Assembly: GCA_048938855.1 (NCBI GenBank)
Contig: JBHLLT010000027.1
Span: 24,438-38,816 of the forward strand
Source of the DNA: Promethearchaeota archaeon
GTDB taxonomy: Archaea > Asgardarchaeota > Lokiarchaeia > Sigyniarchaeales > SOKP01
Direction of reading: 5' to 3'
DNA length: 14,379 bases
Shown: positions 1 to 7,547 of the stretch, piece after piece
Layout of the letters: the number at the start of each line of letters is the position of its first letter
Numbering within the stretch: the first letter of the stretch is position 1
Translations under genes and position numbers: made by a program
Notes under the pieces: model-generated
Told to the model about the DNA's origin: nothing
What the model saw: only the letters and a program-made list of their open reading frames with translations
Databases searched by the model: none

Positions 1-585
1 GATAATGCTTGATGTTTTTTTTGATATCTTTTTTGTAACCGTAGAGTAAACAGCCCATAATACCGGAGTCATTAAAGAAAATATGTATCCTAAAAAATTA
101 GTTGAATGAGGAGTAAGATTATTAATATTTCCTCCTGTTATTAATAAAAATCCTCCAATTGTGGCTATTATAAATCCCACTATTTTAAATTTGTTTAACT
201 TTTCTTTGAAAATGAATAGTGCGAGAACAGTGATAATGACTGGAGTTATTAGACAAACGAATAGAGCAGGAAGTGATGGACCAATAATTTGAATTGAGGA
301 ATATTGAAAAAGAAAAAAGAATGATATCCCTGTAAAACTCGCAACTATAAGAAGGACCCATTCAATACTTGAAAATTTATGCTTGACATTATCAGATGAA
401 TTGAGATTCCTTTTCTTTTTTAATTTAAAATAGAATTCAATCAGTAAAAACGAAAGCGATGCGATTACAAATCGATATAGGGCGATAGACAGAGGAGGGA
501 TGAATTCTACAGCAATATCAACAACTACAAATGAAAAGCTCCAAATAATAACCATAAAAATTAATTGCAAATAAGTACGAAGCAT
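1..585 (-). CDS. EamA/DMT family transporter (3' end runs off the left edge)
   Basis: Not in the ORF track. My translation from the ATG at 585 is MLRTYLQLIFMVIIWSFSFVVVDIAVEFIPPLSIALYRFVIASLSFLL...TPVIITVLALFIFKEKLNKFKIVGFIIATIGGFLLITGG...LWAVYSTVTKK, open to position 1. IW..F, P..ia.yRF, P......la.f.fkE and WA.Y are EamA-repeat motifs. Confidence 0.9.
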   Translation of the reverse strand, partial: MLRTYLQLIFMVIIWSFSFVVVDIAVEFIPPLSIALYRFVIASLSFLLIEFYFKLKKKRNLNSSDNVKHKFSSIEWVLLIVASFTGISFFFLFQYSSIQIIGPSLPALFVCLITPVIITVLALFIFKEKLNKFKIVGFIIATIGGFLLITGGNINNLTPHSTNFLGYIFSLMTPVLWAVYSTVTKKISKKTSSII

Positions 586-712
586 TTAAATCCCCATTGT
601 AGGAAAATCATATTGAAAATTTGAAAAAAAAGATTCTACTAAAATAATATCTTAAAATAATTTAATGATAGAAAATTAAGTAGTATAATAATTATTTTCG
701 GAATGACATTTT

Positions 713-1297
713 TTGAAGAAGGTTAGCTACAGCTTAAGGATAGGAATTATTGGAAATCAAAACTATATAAATGCAATTTTCTATGAGAGTCTAAAAAAAA
801 TGGCTATAGAATCTAACTCTTCGAAAGATTCCTCTACTTTTTTAATTGTATTTAGACAAATTCCAATTAAAATTAAATTATTTCTTACAGAAAGCCTTGA
901 ATCTATGATATATAATTATGAAAATATAGAGAAGCTTGATATTATAATTCTTACACTTAATTTATACGATAAGAACTCATTAAATTCTTTTGATAAAGAT
1001 ATAGTAGAAGAATTTTATGATACATATATGTTTCAAGGTTTATCAGTTTTAGTTGGAATGGATATAGAACAACTTTTTAATAGTTCACCTTCAAAAAGGT
1101 ATAAGATAAGTAGATTTAAATTAGAAAAAATTACTCAAGATCTGAATTTGATATATTGTTTTGAAATTTTTAACAAAGAGAGAGATACAAATGAGATATA
1201 TAACACTCTTTTCAATGACTTCATTTTAAGATTTCAATATTCAAATCCAGAGTTATATGAAACCGCAAAAGAATATGGAAAAAGGTTAATAGACTAA
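713..1297 (+). CDS. Ras/Rab-like small GTPase-fold protein with degenerate nucleotide-binding motifs (probable pseudoGTPase)
   Basis: The element order matches the small-GTPase fold: beta1 LRIGIIG, IKLFL, LDIIILTLNLYDKNSLNSF (cf. adgiilvydit...Sf), LSVLVG (cf. pivlvGNK.D), YCFEI...TNEIYNTL (cf. ffEtSAk.g.nv.e.f..l). G1, G3, G4 and G5 are all non-consensus. TTG start. Confidence 0.65.
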   Translation: MKKVSYSLRIGIIGNQNYINAIFYESLKKMAIESNSSKDSSTFLIVFRQIPIKIKLFLTESLESMIYNYENIEKLDIIILTLNLYDKNSLNSFDKDIVEEFYDTYMFQGLSVLVGMDIEQLFNSSPSKRYKISRFKLEKITQDLNLIYCFEIFNKERDTNEIYNTLFNDFILRFQYSNPELYETAKEYGKRLID

Positions 1298-1353
1298 TAA
1301 AAAATCTTGAGTTCTAAAATACTTTCTAATTCATATAAAAAATGATAGAAAAT

Positions 1354-1368
1354 CGAAAAGTTATAAAA
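1354..1368 (+). promoter_or_regulatory. Candidate archaeal BRE-TATA promoter for the Zn-ribbon gene
   Basis: CGAAAAG immediately followed by TTATAAAA, about 100 nt upstream of the ATG at 1468. Confidence 0.5.
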
Positions 1369-1406
1369 ATAATAAGATACAATTAAAAGTATAGTTAATA
1401 ATATGA

Positions 1407-1435
1407 TGTTTTAGATGGTTTTTGCACCTAAAACA
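1407..1435. repeat. Inverted repeat/hairpin in the putative 5' UTR of the Zn-ribbon gene
   Basis: TGTTTTAG (1407-1414) pairs with CTAAAACA (1428-1435). After one mismatch the stem extends by TG/CA around a 7-nt loop. Confidence 0.55.
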
Positions 1436-1467
1436 ATATAATAAAAGATAGAGATGAATTACATAAA

Positions 1468-1662
1468 ATGGGAGAAGATTCAGAAGGATTATTAACAATT
1501 GAAAGAGAGGAAGGTCGTAGGAAATGTCCTAGTTGTTCAGAAGAAAATAAAAATATGATTCATGAATCAACAGATAAAACAAATATAATTAGTGATTATC
1601 CCCGAGTTTATGGGAAAAAGTATCGCTGTGGTCGCTGTGGTCAAGAATGGCGAGAAAAATAA
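1468..1662 (+). CDS. Small C4 zinc-ribbon protein, TFS/RPB9 C-terminal-ribbon-like
   Basis: CPSC-x30-CGRC followed by GQEWREK, which resembles the C..CG..Wre end of TFS/RPB9 ribbons. Confidence 0.8.
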   Translation: MGEDSEGLLTIEREEGRRKCPSCSEENKNMIHESTDKTNIISDYPRVYGKKYRCGRCGQEWREK

Positions 1663-1871
1663 GTTATAATTAGATAAACCAATTTTATTTCTACTATTTT
1701 TTAATAGTTGACTTTATTGAATTTTCTTTTACTTATAGCACTTAATAATTTGCCTCTAAAGAAATGTTTTTATAAGTAAGAAAAAAGCAATAATAATAAA
1801 TATAAAATGATAAATAAATACTATAACAAATTTTTATACAAATAATAATAACTACTTTTATGTGAAAGTTC

Positions 1872-2591
1872 ATGGTATTATATCAATTAACTATAACACG
1901 AATATTAACAATTTACGTTGTGCAAGGTCTCATTTGCGCGTGGTTCCTATATTTAGCATATCGGATTTTAAAGAGAGACAGAAAGAGATTAAATATAATT
2001 TTCTCGGGCTTTTATTTATCTGCGGCAATAGGATTAATTTTTAATTTTATTTATGGTCCCATTGCATATGTACCAGCAGTTTTGTTCCTAAATTATTTAA
2101 CCAATTTTGGTTCGTTTTATGCGCCAATATTCTTTGTGGTTTTTAATTTAATTCTGTTAAAATCAGAAAAAATTGTTACACCAGCGAAGCAATTGATGAT
2201 CTTCATTGGATATGGCATTTATATGTTTTGTATGATTTTTTTTGTTTTAGCAGGACCAGACTGGGGGGTTCAATTGATAAATTGGACACCTGTTTGGGCA
2301 CTTCCTTTCTTTCTTTACGTATTCTTAGGAGTAACAGTGATCGCGATTATACCATTATTATTTTTATCATTTCAAATTTATAAGAAATTTGAAGATGAAC
2401 AATTAAAAAAGAAATGGAAATTCGTTATTTATGGTTCTATCGGGTTAATTGGATTTATGTATGCTATATTCTTCTCAAATTGGCTAAACATTGACATAGT
2501 AAGGTGGATTGTTCTTCCTATTGGTATAGTATTAGCGGCAATCAGTGGCTATTGGATGTATATTGGAGTTGGAAGGCAATTAGAAAAATAA
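1872..2591 (+). CDS. Stand-alone seven-transmembrane protein (HisKA_7TM-like sensor module, no output domain)
   Basis: Seven hydrophobic segments with basic loops after TM1 (KRDRKR) and TM5 (KKFEDEQLKKKWK). The protein ends just after TM7. Confidence 0.75.
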   Translation: MVLYQLTITRILTIYVVQGLICAWFLYLAYRILKRDRKRLNIIFSGFYLSAAIGLIFNFIYGPIAYVPAVLFLNYLTNFGSFYAPIFFVVFNLILLKSEKIVTPAKQLMIFIGYGIYMFCMIFFVLAGPDWGVQLINWTPVWALPFFLYVFLGVTVIAIIPLLFLSFQIYKKFEDEQLKKKWKFVIYGSIGLIGFMYAIFFSNWLNIDIVRWIVLPIGIVLAAISGYWMYIGVGRQLEK

Positions 2592-2621
2592 ATTTTTAAT
2601 CTTTTTTTCCTTTATTTTTTT
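2592..2621 (+). terminator. Oligo-T tract, candidate archaeal terminator
   Basis: AATTTTTAATCTTTTTTTCCTTTATTTTTTT directly after the 7TM stop codon. Confidence 0.4.
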
Positions 2622-2698
2622 CAACTTAAATTTTATTTTGATTAGTTTACATTATATTATATAATTAGATTCAAAGTTAGCAGAATAATTAGATTTAG

Positions 2699-3055
2699 TT
2701 GTTAGAATCAGAATCAGAATTAATCCGTGTTCGAGGAATTGGACCAACGGCAGCTGAAAGGTTAATTAATGCCGGCATCAAGACTATAGAAGAGATTGCT
2801 AAATCTAAAGCAGAGCAATTAGCATGGATTAAAGGTATTGGTATGATCTCAGCTGAGAGAATCATTAAAAATGCTAAAGAATTAATAAATTTAGAGAAAG
2901 GAATACAAAAAGTATTAAATTCTATCAAAGAAAATTTTGCCAAAAGTTGCCCAAAATGTGGTGGAGATATGAGCGAAAGATTAATAATTCTCGGTCCTGA
3001 AAGGAGACTTAGAGCAAATCAATGTGCTTTATGTAAATTCTATATGCCCATTTAA
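2699..3055 (+). CDS. Tandem helix-hairpin-helix domain plus C-terminal C4 zinc ribbon; probable nucleic-acid-binding protein
   Basis: LIRVRGIGPTAAERL and LAWIKGIGMISAERI are HhH motifs, as in the RadA N-terminal/HHH_5 domain. They are followed by CPKC...CALC. TTG start. Confidence 0.8.
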   Translation: MLESESELIRVRGIGPTAAERLINAGIKTIEEIAKSKAEQLAWIKGIGMISAERIIKNAKELINLEKGIQKVLNSIKENFAKSCPKCGGDMSERLIILGPERRLRANQCALCKFYMPI

Positions 3056-3075
3056 ATTATTTTGAGTAGATAAAA

Positions 3076-4041
3076 TCAAGTTACTATCAAGTAGGAAAAA
3101 AGAAAGAGATAAGAAAGAAAATATAAGGCTATAAATATGATTCCGGCTTTTTTATCTAATTTTCTTCGTGCAGCAATTAAGCTAAACACAATAAAACTTG
3201 CTATTAATGTATATAAAACAGTTGGAATAGCAAACGCTGCAGTTACAACTTGTGGAAAAAGAACTTGTCCAATGCCAATTGATAAAGTAGAATCAACTAT
3301 ACAAGAACCCACAATATCACCTATTGCGATTTGGTGATGCCCCAATCTTAAAGCATTTATATCTACCGCTAGTTCTGGAAGTGAAGTACCTATGGCAACA
3401 ACAAAAAAACTTATAATATATTCATGAACATTCAAGACAGTTGAAATAAATATTACAGATTCAACGATCATAAAAGAAGCTATTGTTACCCCACCGAAAC
3501 CTATTAATGCTATCGATAAATGATATAGTTTACTTTTAGGGGCTTCCATCTTTTCAATCATTTCAACTCGTTGTAAAACGCTTTCCTTATTGGCATTGTA
3601 AATTAACCAGATGTAAATGCCTAAACTACCAACCATAAGAATTGCGTTTAATCTAGTAATATAGCCTTTCTCTACTATACTAAAAATTAAAATTAATGAT
3701 AATACTTCACTAGCTCCCAGGATAATTATGTCCTTTCTATGAATATAAATAACTCCTGTAATTAATGGCAATATACCAAACACTAATGTTAATTGCGTTA
3801 AATCTGAACCTACTGAATCACCAACATCAATATCACCATGACCTAAAGCACAGGATACAATAGAGTTAAAAATTTCCGATATATCGGTTCCTATAGAAAC
3901 TAAGGTTACTCCAATTATTAATGGTGAAACTCCTATAGCTGCTGCTATAATCGCAGAATGTTTCACTGCTTTCATACTAGAATAAATTATAAGCGAAATT
4001 CCAACAATGAGAATAAATACTGCTATAACGATTTCTGACAT
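3076..4041 (-). CDS. CaCA superfamily (YrbG/NCX_Mj-like) cation/Ca2+ exchanger
   Basis: About 10 TMs in two repeats. The alpha-2 motif is GTSLPE...GDIVGS and the variant alpha-1 motif is GTDISE...GDSVGS. Confidence 0.92.
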   Translation of the reverse strand: MSEIVIAVFILIVGISLIIYSSMKAVKHSAIIAAAIGVSPLIIGVTLVSIGTDISEIFNSIVSCALGHGDIDVGDSVGSDLTQLTLVFGILPLITGVIYIHRKDIIILGASEVLSLILIFSIVEKGYITRLNAILMVGSLGIYIWLIYNANKESVLQRVEMIEKMEAPKSKLYHLSIALIGFGGVTIASFMIVESVIFISTVLNVHEYIISFFVVAIGTSLPELAVDINALRLGHHQIAIGDIVGSCIVDSTLSIGIGQVLFPQVVTAAFAIPTVLYTLIASFIVFSLIAARRKLDKKAGIIFIALYFLSYLFLFSYLIVT

Positions 4042-4211
4042 ATTCCTTCTATTATTAATTTTTTAAATTTTGCTTCTCTCTCAAAATTATATTGTATTAG
4101 AGAACAATTGAAGCTTCTAATACCACAAGATTATAAATCTAATGCGTTTTATTGGAGTATCCTAGAAAATTTATATTATAACCTTCCACATTCTAAAATG
4201 ATAAAGTAGTA

Positions 4212-4269
4212 TTTATAATTATCCATTTTTATTCCAGATTGATCCATAAGATATCCAAAAAAAAAAAAA
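4212..4269 (+). promoter_or_regulatory. Candidate TATA box plus four helically phased TCCA boxes and an A13 run upstream of the RHH gene
   Basis: TTTATAAT at 4212-4219; TCCA starting at 4222, 4233, 4243 and 4254; poly-A at 4257-4269. Confidence 0.45.
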
Positions 4270-4300
4270 TTTATTAAAGAAAAACATCAATGATTTACTA

Positions 4301-4456
4301 ATGGAAAACGAAAAACATGAATTTCACATTTCAGTTGAGAAAGATATTTTTGATAAATTAGAATCTATCAGAGAATATCATGGAATAAAAAATATCACCG
4401 AAATTATTAGATTTTTAATTACTAAGGAATATAGAGATATAAAAAAATCTGAGTGA
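4301..4456 (+). CDS. Ribbon-helix-helix (CopG/Arc/MetJ-like) DNA-binding microprotein, 51 aa
   Basis: Absent from the ORF track (all listed ORFs are 60 aa or longer). MENEKHEFHISVEKDIFDKLESIREYHGIKNITEIIRFLITKEYRDIKKSE* has an alternating beta strand (HEFHISV), helix A ending in G, and helix B TEIIRFLI (cf. sevir.ai). Confidence 0.8.
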   Translation: MENEKHEFHISVEKDIFDKLESIREYHGIKNITEIIRFLITKEYRDIKKSE

Positions 4457-4511
4457 AATCTTATATTTATTTTGGAAAGTATTATTGCCAGTAAAATTTT
4501 AGGTATTATAT

Positions 4512-5486
4512 TTATTTACTTTTCATCACTTTTTCAATCATTCTTCGCTCTTTATTTGAACAAATCTTAGCGTACCCTTGAATAGCTTCCTTCACTCCTT
4601 CTTGCCAGGAATAAATAGGTTTCCAATTTAAAATTGATGTTAATTTATTATTTGAATAATGAGCTCCGAATCTACTATACCCTATCATTAAAAGATATTG
4701 TTTATCATCCCAATGTGAAAGGACAGTCCATAGAGGTTTTTTTTGATCAAGAACTTCTAGCTTTAATAAATGAGCATATTCAGCAATAAACTCTTTCCAA
4801 GTCATTTCAAAATCAGTACAGTTCAAAGCTGTATTGAGAGGCCCTACATCTATTAATTTAGATAAAAGTGAACCAATATTTTTTATATAAAAAGTTGAAT
4901 ATAATCGATCATTTTTCCCAGAAAAATAGAAATTACCACTTAATAATCGAGATATTATAATTGGCGAGATATATGAATCTTTTTCACCTAGAATAGCAGG
5001 AAATCTCAGAATTGTATACCCAAGTAACCCACTTCTTTCGATATACCTTTCAGCTTTTGCTTTTGCTTTACTATAAGCTATACCAAAAATCCCTTTATTC
5101 CTTTTTGTAGTTTTTTCAGTTTTATTTACACCAAGTGATCTAAATCCATAGGCTGATACTGAAGAGATTTGAATAAAATGTTCACATTTATGTTTTATTG
5201 CCCACTCAGCCATTTTACGAGTTCCTTCCGCATTAACTTCCATTATTAATTTCTTAGGAAGCGTCTGATCAACGACTCCTGCAACGTTAATAATGATACT
5301 AAAGTTTTTATTAGGGATTTTTTTAAAATCATTGTCTATACAAAAATCAACATAATATTCTTTATCTTCTGGTTCCCTTATGTTATAGACTGTTCCATGA
5401 ACATCCCATCCTTGTTGAATGAAATAGTTTCTTAAGTAACCCCCCACAAAGCCATCAGTGCCAGTTATTAGTAGCTCTCTCTTCAT
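4512..5486 (-). CDS. NAD(P)-dependent epimerase/dehydratase (extended SDR)
   Basis: LITGTDGFVG Rossmann motif, VNAEGT, ISSVSAYG and catalytic YSKAK (YxxxK). Confidence 0.92.
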   Translation of the reverse strand: MKRELLITGTDGFVGGYLRNYFIQQGWDVHGTVYNIREPEDKEYYVDFCIDNDFKKIPNKNFSIIINVAGVVDQTLPKKLIMEVNAEGTRKMAEWAIKHKCEHFIQISSVSAYGFRSLGVNKTEKTTKRNKGIFGIAYSKAKAKAERYIERSGLLGYTILRFPAILGEKDSYISPIIISRLLSGNFYFSGKNDRLYSTFYIKNIGSLLSKLIDVGPLNTALNCTDFEMTWKEFIAEYAHLLKLEVLDQKKPLWTVLSHWDDKQYLLMIGYSRFGAHYSNNKLTSILNWKPIYSWQEGVKEAIQGYAKICSNKERRMIEKVMKSK

Positions 5487-5703
5487 TATAATCCTTATAG
5501 AAGATTAGATATCCATTAAAAGTTATAAAATTTCTCCTTATCTTTTACGGTTTAAAAGTATAATTTTAATTAGAAGTAAATAAAAGATAGGATATGAAAA
5601 GAACTTTAATTTATTGTGAAACTTAGATAAAATTTTTTATTATTTTTTCTCATATAGATAATTAAATTAAAAATAATTTTTCTTAATTAAATCAAGGTAC
5701 TTT

Positions 5704-6339
5704 ATGTCTACTATAAAAAAAATTGAGGAATTAAAGTTAATTCCTGTAGCTGTAGTAGAAAAGCTCGAAAATGCATTTAAACTTGGAAATACTCTCTTAA
5801 AAGCTGGATTACCAATAGTAGAAGTTACCTTTAGGACAGAATATGCTTTAGATTCATTAAAAATTTTAAAAAGCAATTTCCCAAATATGTTAGTGGGCGC
5901 TGGAACTGTTCTCAAAATAGAGCAAGTTAAAACTGCTGCTAATGCTGGTGTAGATTTTATTGTTAGTCCTGGTTTTAATCCAAAAGTGGTTGATTATTGT
6001 CTTGAAAATAAAATTCTCATAATTCCTGGTGTCAACACTCCAACAATGGTAGAGTGGGCACTTGAAAAGGGATTAAATGTCGTGAAATTCTTTCCAGCAA
6101 ATATTTCTGGAGGTATTGAAATGCTTAAGGCTTTATATGGGCCGTATCCAGAAATGAGATTTATTCCTACCGGAGGGATAAATGATGAAAATATAATTAC
6201 TTATTTAAAGTTAAAAAATGTTGTCGCTTGTGGAGGAAGCTGGATTGTAAAAAAAGATTTGGTTAACTTAGGAAAATTTGAAACGATTTCAAGGTTGGTA
6301 ACAAATACAATTTCATTAATTAATTCAGAAATAAAATAA
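5704..6339 (+). CDS. eda: KDPG/KHG aldolase (bacterial-type Eda)
   Basis: EVTFRT, VGAGTVL, FIVSPG, PGVNTPT, VKFFPA (Schiff-base Lys) and FIPTGGI motifs. Confidence 0.95.
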   Translation: MSTIKKIEELKLIPVAVVEKLENAFKLGNTLLKAGLPIVEVTFRTEYALDSLKILKSNFPNMLVGAGTVLKIEQVKTAANAGVDFIVSPGFNPKVVDYCLENKILIIPGVNTPTMVEWALEKGLNVVKFFPANISGGIEMLKALYGPYPEMRFIPTGGINDENIITYLKLKNVVACGGSWIVKKDLVNLGKFETISRLVTNTISLINSEIK

Positions 6340-6340
6340 A

Positions 6341-7366
6341 TTACCATTTCCAATATATATCCTCAGCATGCCCTAACATATTTTCAATAGGAATTTTCTC
6401 ACCGTTATCTAAAACAATATCTCCAGTATATAGTCCATGGAGTATGGAAGAGTTTAAATAAATCAGTCCAAAATTGAGTTTTTCTCTATGCGGTATGATT
6501 GGGTTTAATATCATGTTGAACCTATTATCATTGCTAGTAAATTTCCAAGGTTTTGTAGGATCTCGATTTTGATGATGAAAAGTTACTTCATCGATTTTAT
6601 AAGCTTTTCCATCGTAAAAAATGATATTTTCTGTATGAGTTGATAAGTCTCCAAATCCATAGCCAATATTAAAAGCTACTGGCACTTCATTTACAATCCC
6701 ACAAGCAGAACCCCATAACCAGTGTGTGTGATAAGGCCAGATTCCACGACCCCAATCCATGAGACCAAAAGAAGTTTCTGGTTCAAAATTATATTTTTTT
6801 TCACCAATTTGGAATGATCCATTGGCAGGCATATAATTTATTTTATGGTTATAATAGAAAAGCTTTGGATCTTCTTTATATCCTGTCACAACTACGATAT
6901 TATCCATTTTAGGGTTATCTTCAAGTTCGATTGTTCCTTTTAATCCCTTTTTTTGAAAGTTTAGATCCTCAAAAGAAAGGATTCTTTTATTCTTATTTTT
7001 TGTTATTATTGCTTGAAATTTCTTAGTTGGAAATTCAATTATACTGTCTTTTAAAGAACTGGTAGGTAAGAGTTTAGATTTGGTGAAAAATTTGAATAGA
7101 TTCCTCCCATCTCTTACCCTATTTTCAAAATCAAGCCAAACATAACTCATCTGGGTAAGATAGCCAATATCACCAATCGTAAGTTGAAATCCAAATCGCT
7201 TATTTAAAACGGAATAATGGTCCCATTCTTTTATGCGAAACCAACCTTTTCCAATATTTTCTTTATTATAATTTATGATTGGTTTTCTTGCCCATCCTCT
7301 CTGTATAAGAGATCCATCTTTATCAAATAAATCTGAAACTTCTGTAATTTCGTTTTGTTTTCCCAT
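6341..7366 (-). CDS. DUF2804 family protein
   Basis: GWARKP, RIKEWDHY, FYYNHKIN, MDWGRGIWPY, GYGFGDLS..TEN and C-terminal AE...KW match my recollection of this family. Confidence 0.8.
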   Translation of the reverse strand: MGKQNEITEVSDLFDKDGSLIQRGWARKPIINYNKENIGKGWFRIKEWDHYSVLNKRFGFQLTIGDIGYLTQMSYVWLDFENRVRDGRNLFKFFTKSKLLPTSSLKDSIIEFPTKKFQAIITKNKNKRILSFEDLNFQKKGLKGTIELEDNPKMDNIVVVTGYKEDPKLFYYNHKINYMPANGSFQIGEKKYNFEPETSFGLMDWGRGIWPYHTHWLWGSACGIVNEVPVAFNIGYGFGDLSTHTENIIFYDGKAYKIDEVTFHHQNRDPTKPWKFTSNDNRFNMILNPIIPHREKLNFGLIYLNSSILHGLYTGDIVLDNGEKIPIENMLGHAEDIYWKW

Positions 7367-7440
7367 ATAAAATTCATCCTAATATCTAATTTCAAAAGAT
7401 TATTTTTAAAAAGAATTGAAAATAATAAAATATTTGGCTC

Positions 7441-7498
7441 TATCCAAAAAATTATGTTTGGAATGTAAGGATTTTCAATTTTTGGATAATTTTTGGAT
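7441..7498. repeat. Tandem 11-bp repeat (AATTTTTGGAT x2) with an inverted copy, in a divergent promoter region
   Basis: AATTTTTGGAT at 7477-7487 and 7488-7498. ATCCAAAAAATT at 7442-7453 is its reverse complement with one extra A. Confidence 0.65.
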
Positions 7499-7547
7499 CG
7501 ATAGCTATTAAAAGAATTGCAGCAAAATAAAACATAATTATTTTTAA

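Noticed and set aside
1408-1434. GTTTTAG...CTAAAAC resembles CRISPR repeat ends; AUGA upstream resembles a SECIS core
   Set aside because: Single copy with no spacers or cas genes, and no GA partner on the 3' arm for a SECIS.
1623-1642. 9-bp tandem repeat TCGCTGTGG
   Set aside because: It simply encodes RCG-RCG in the zinc knuckle.
4301-4511. RHH protein as the antitoxin of a toxin-antitoxin pair
   Set aside because: No co-directional toxin ORF is adjacent; the neighbours are the CaCA exchanger and the SDR.
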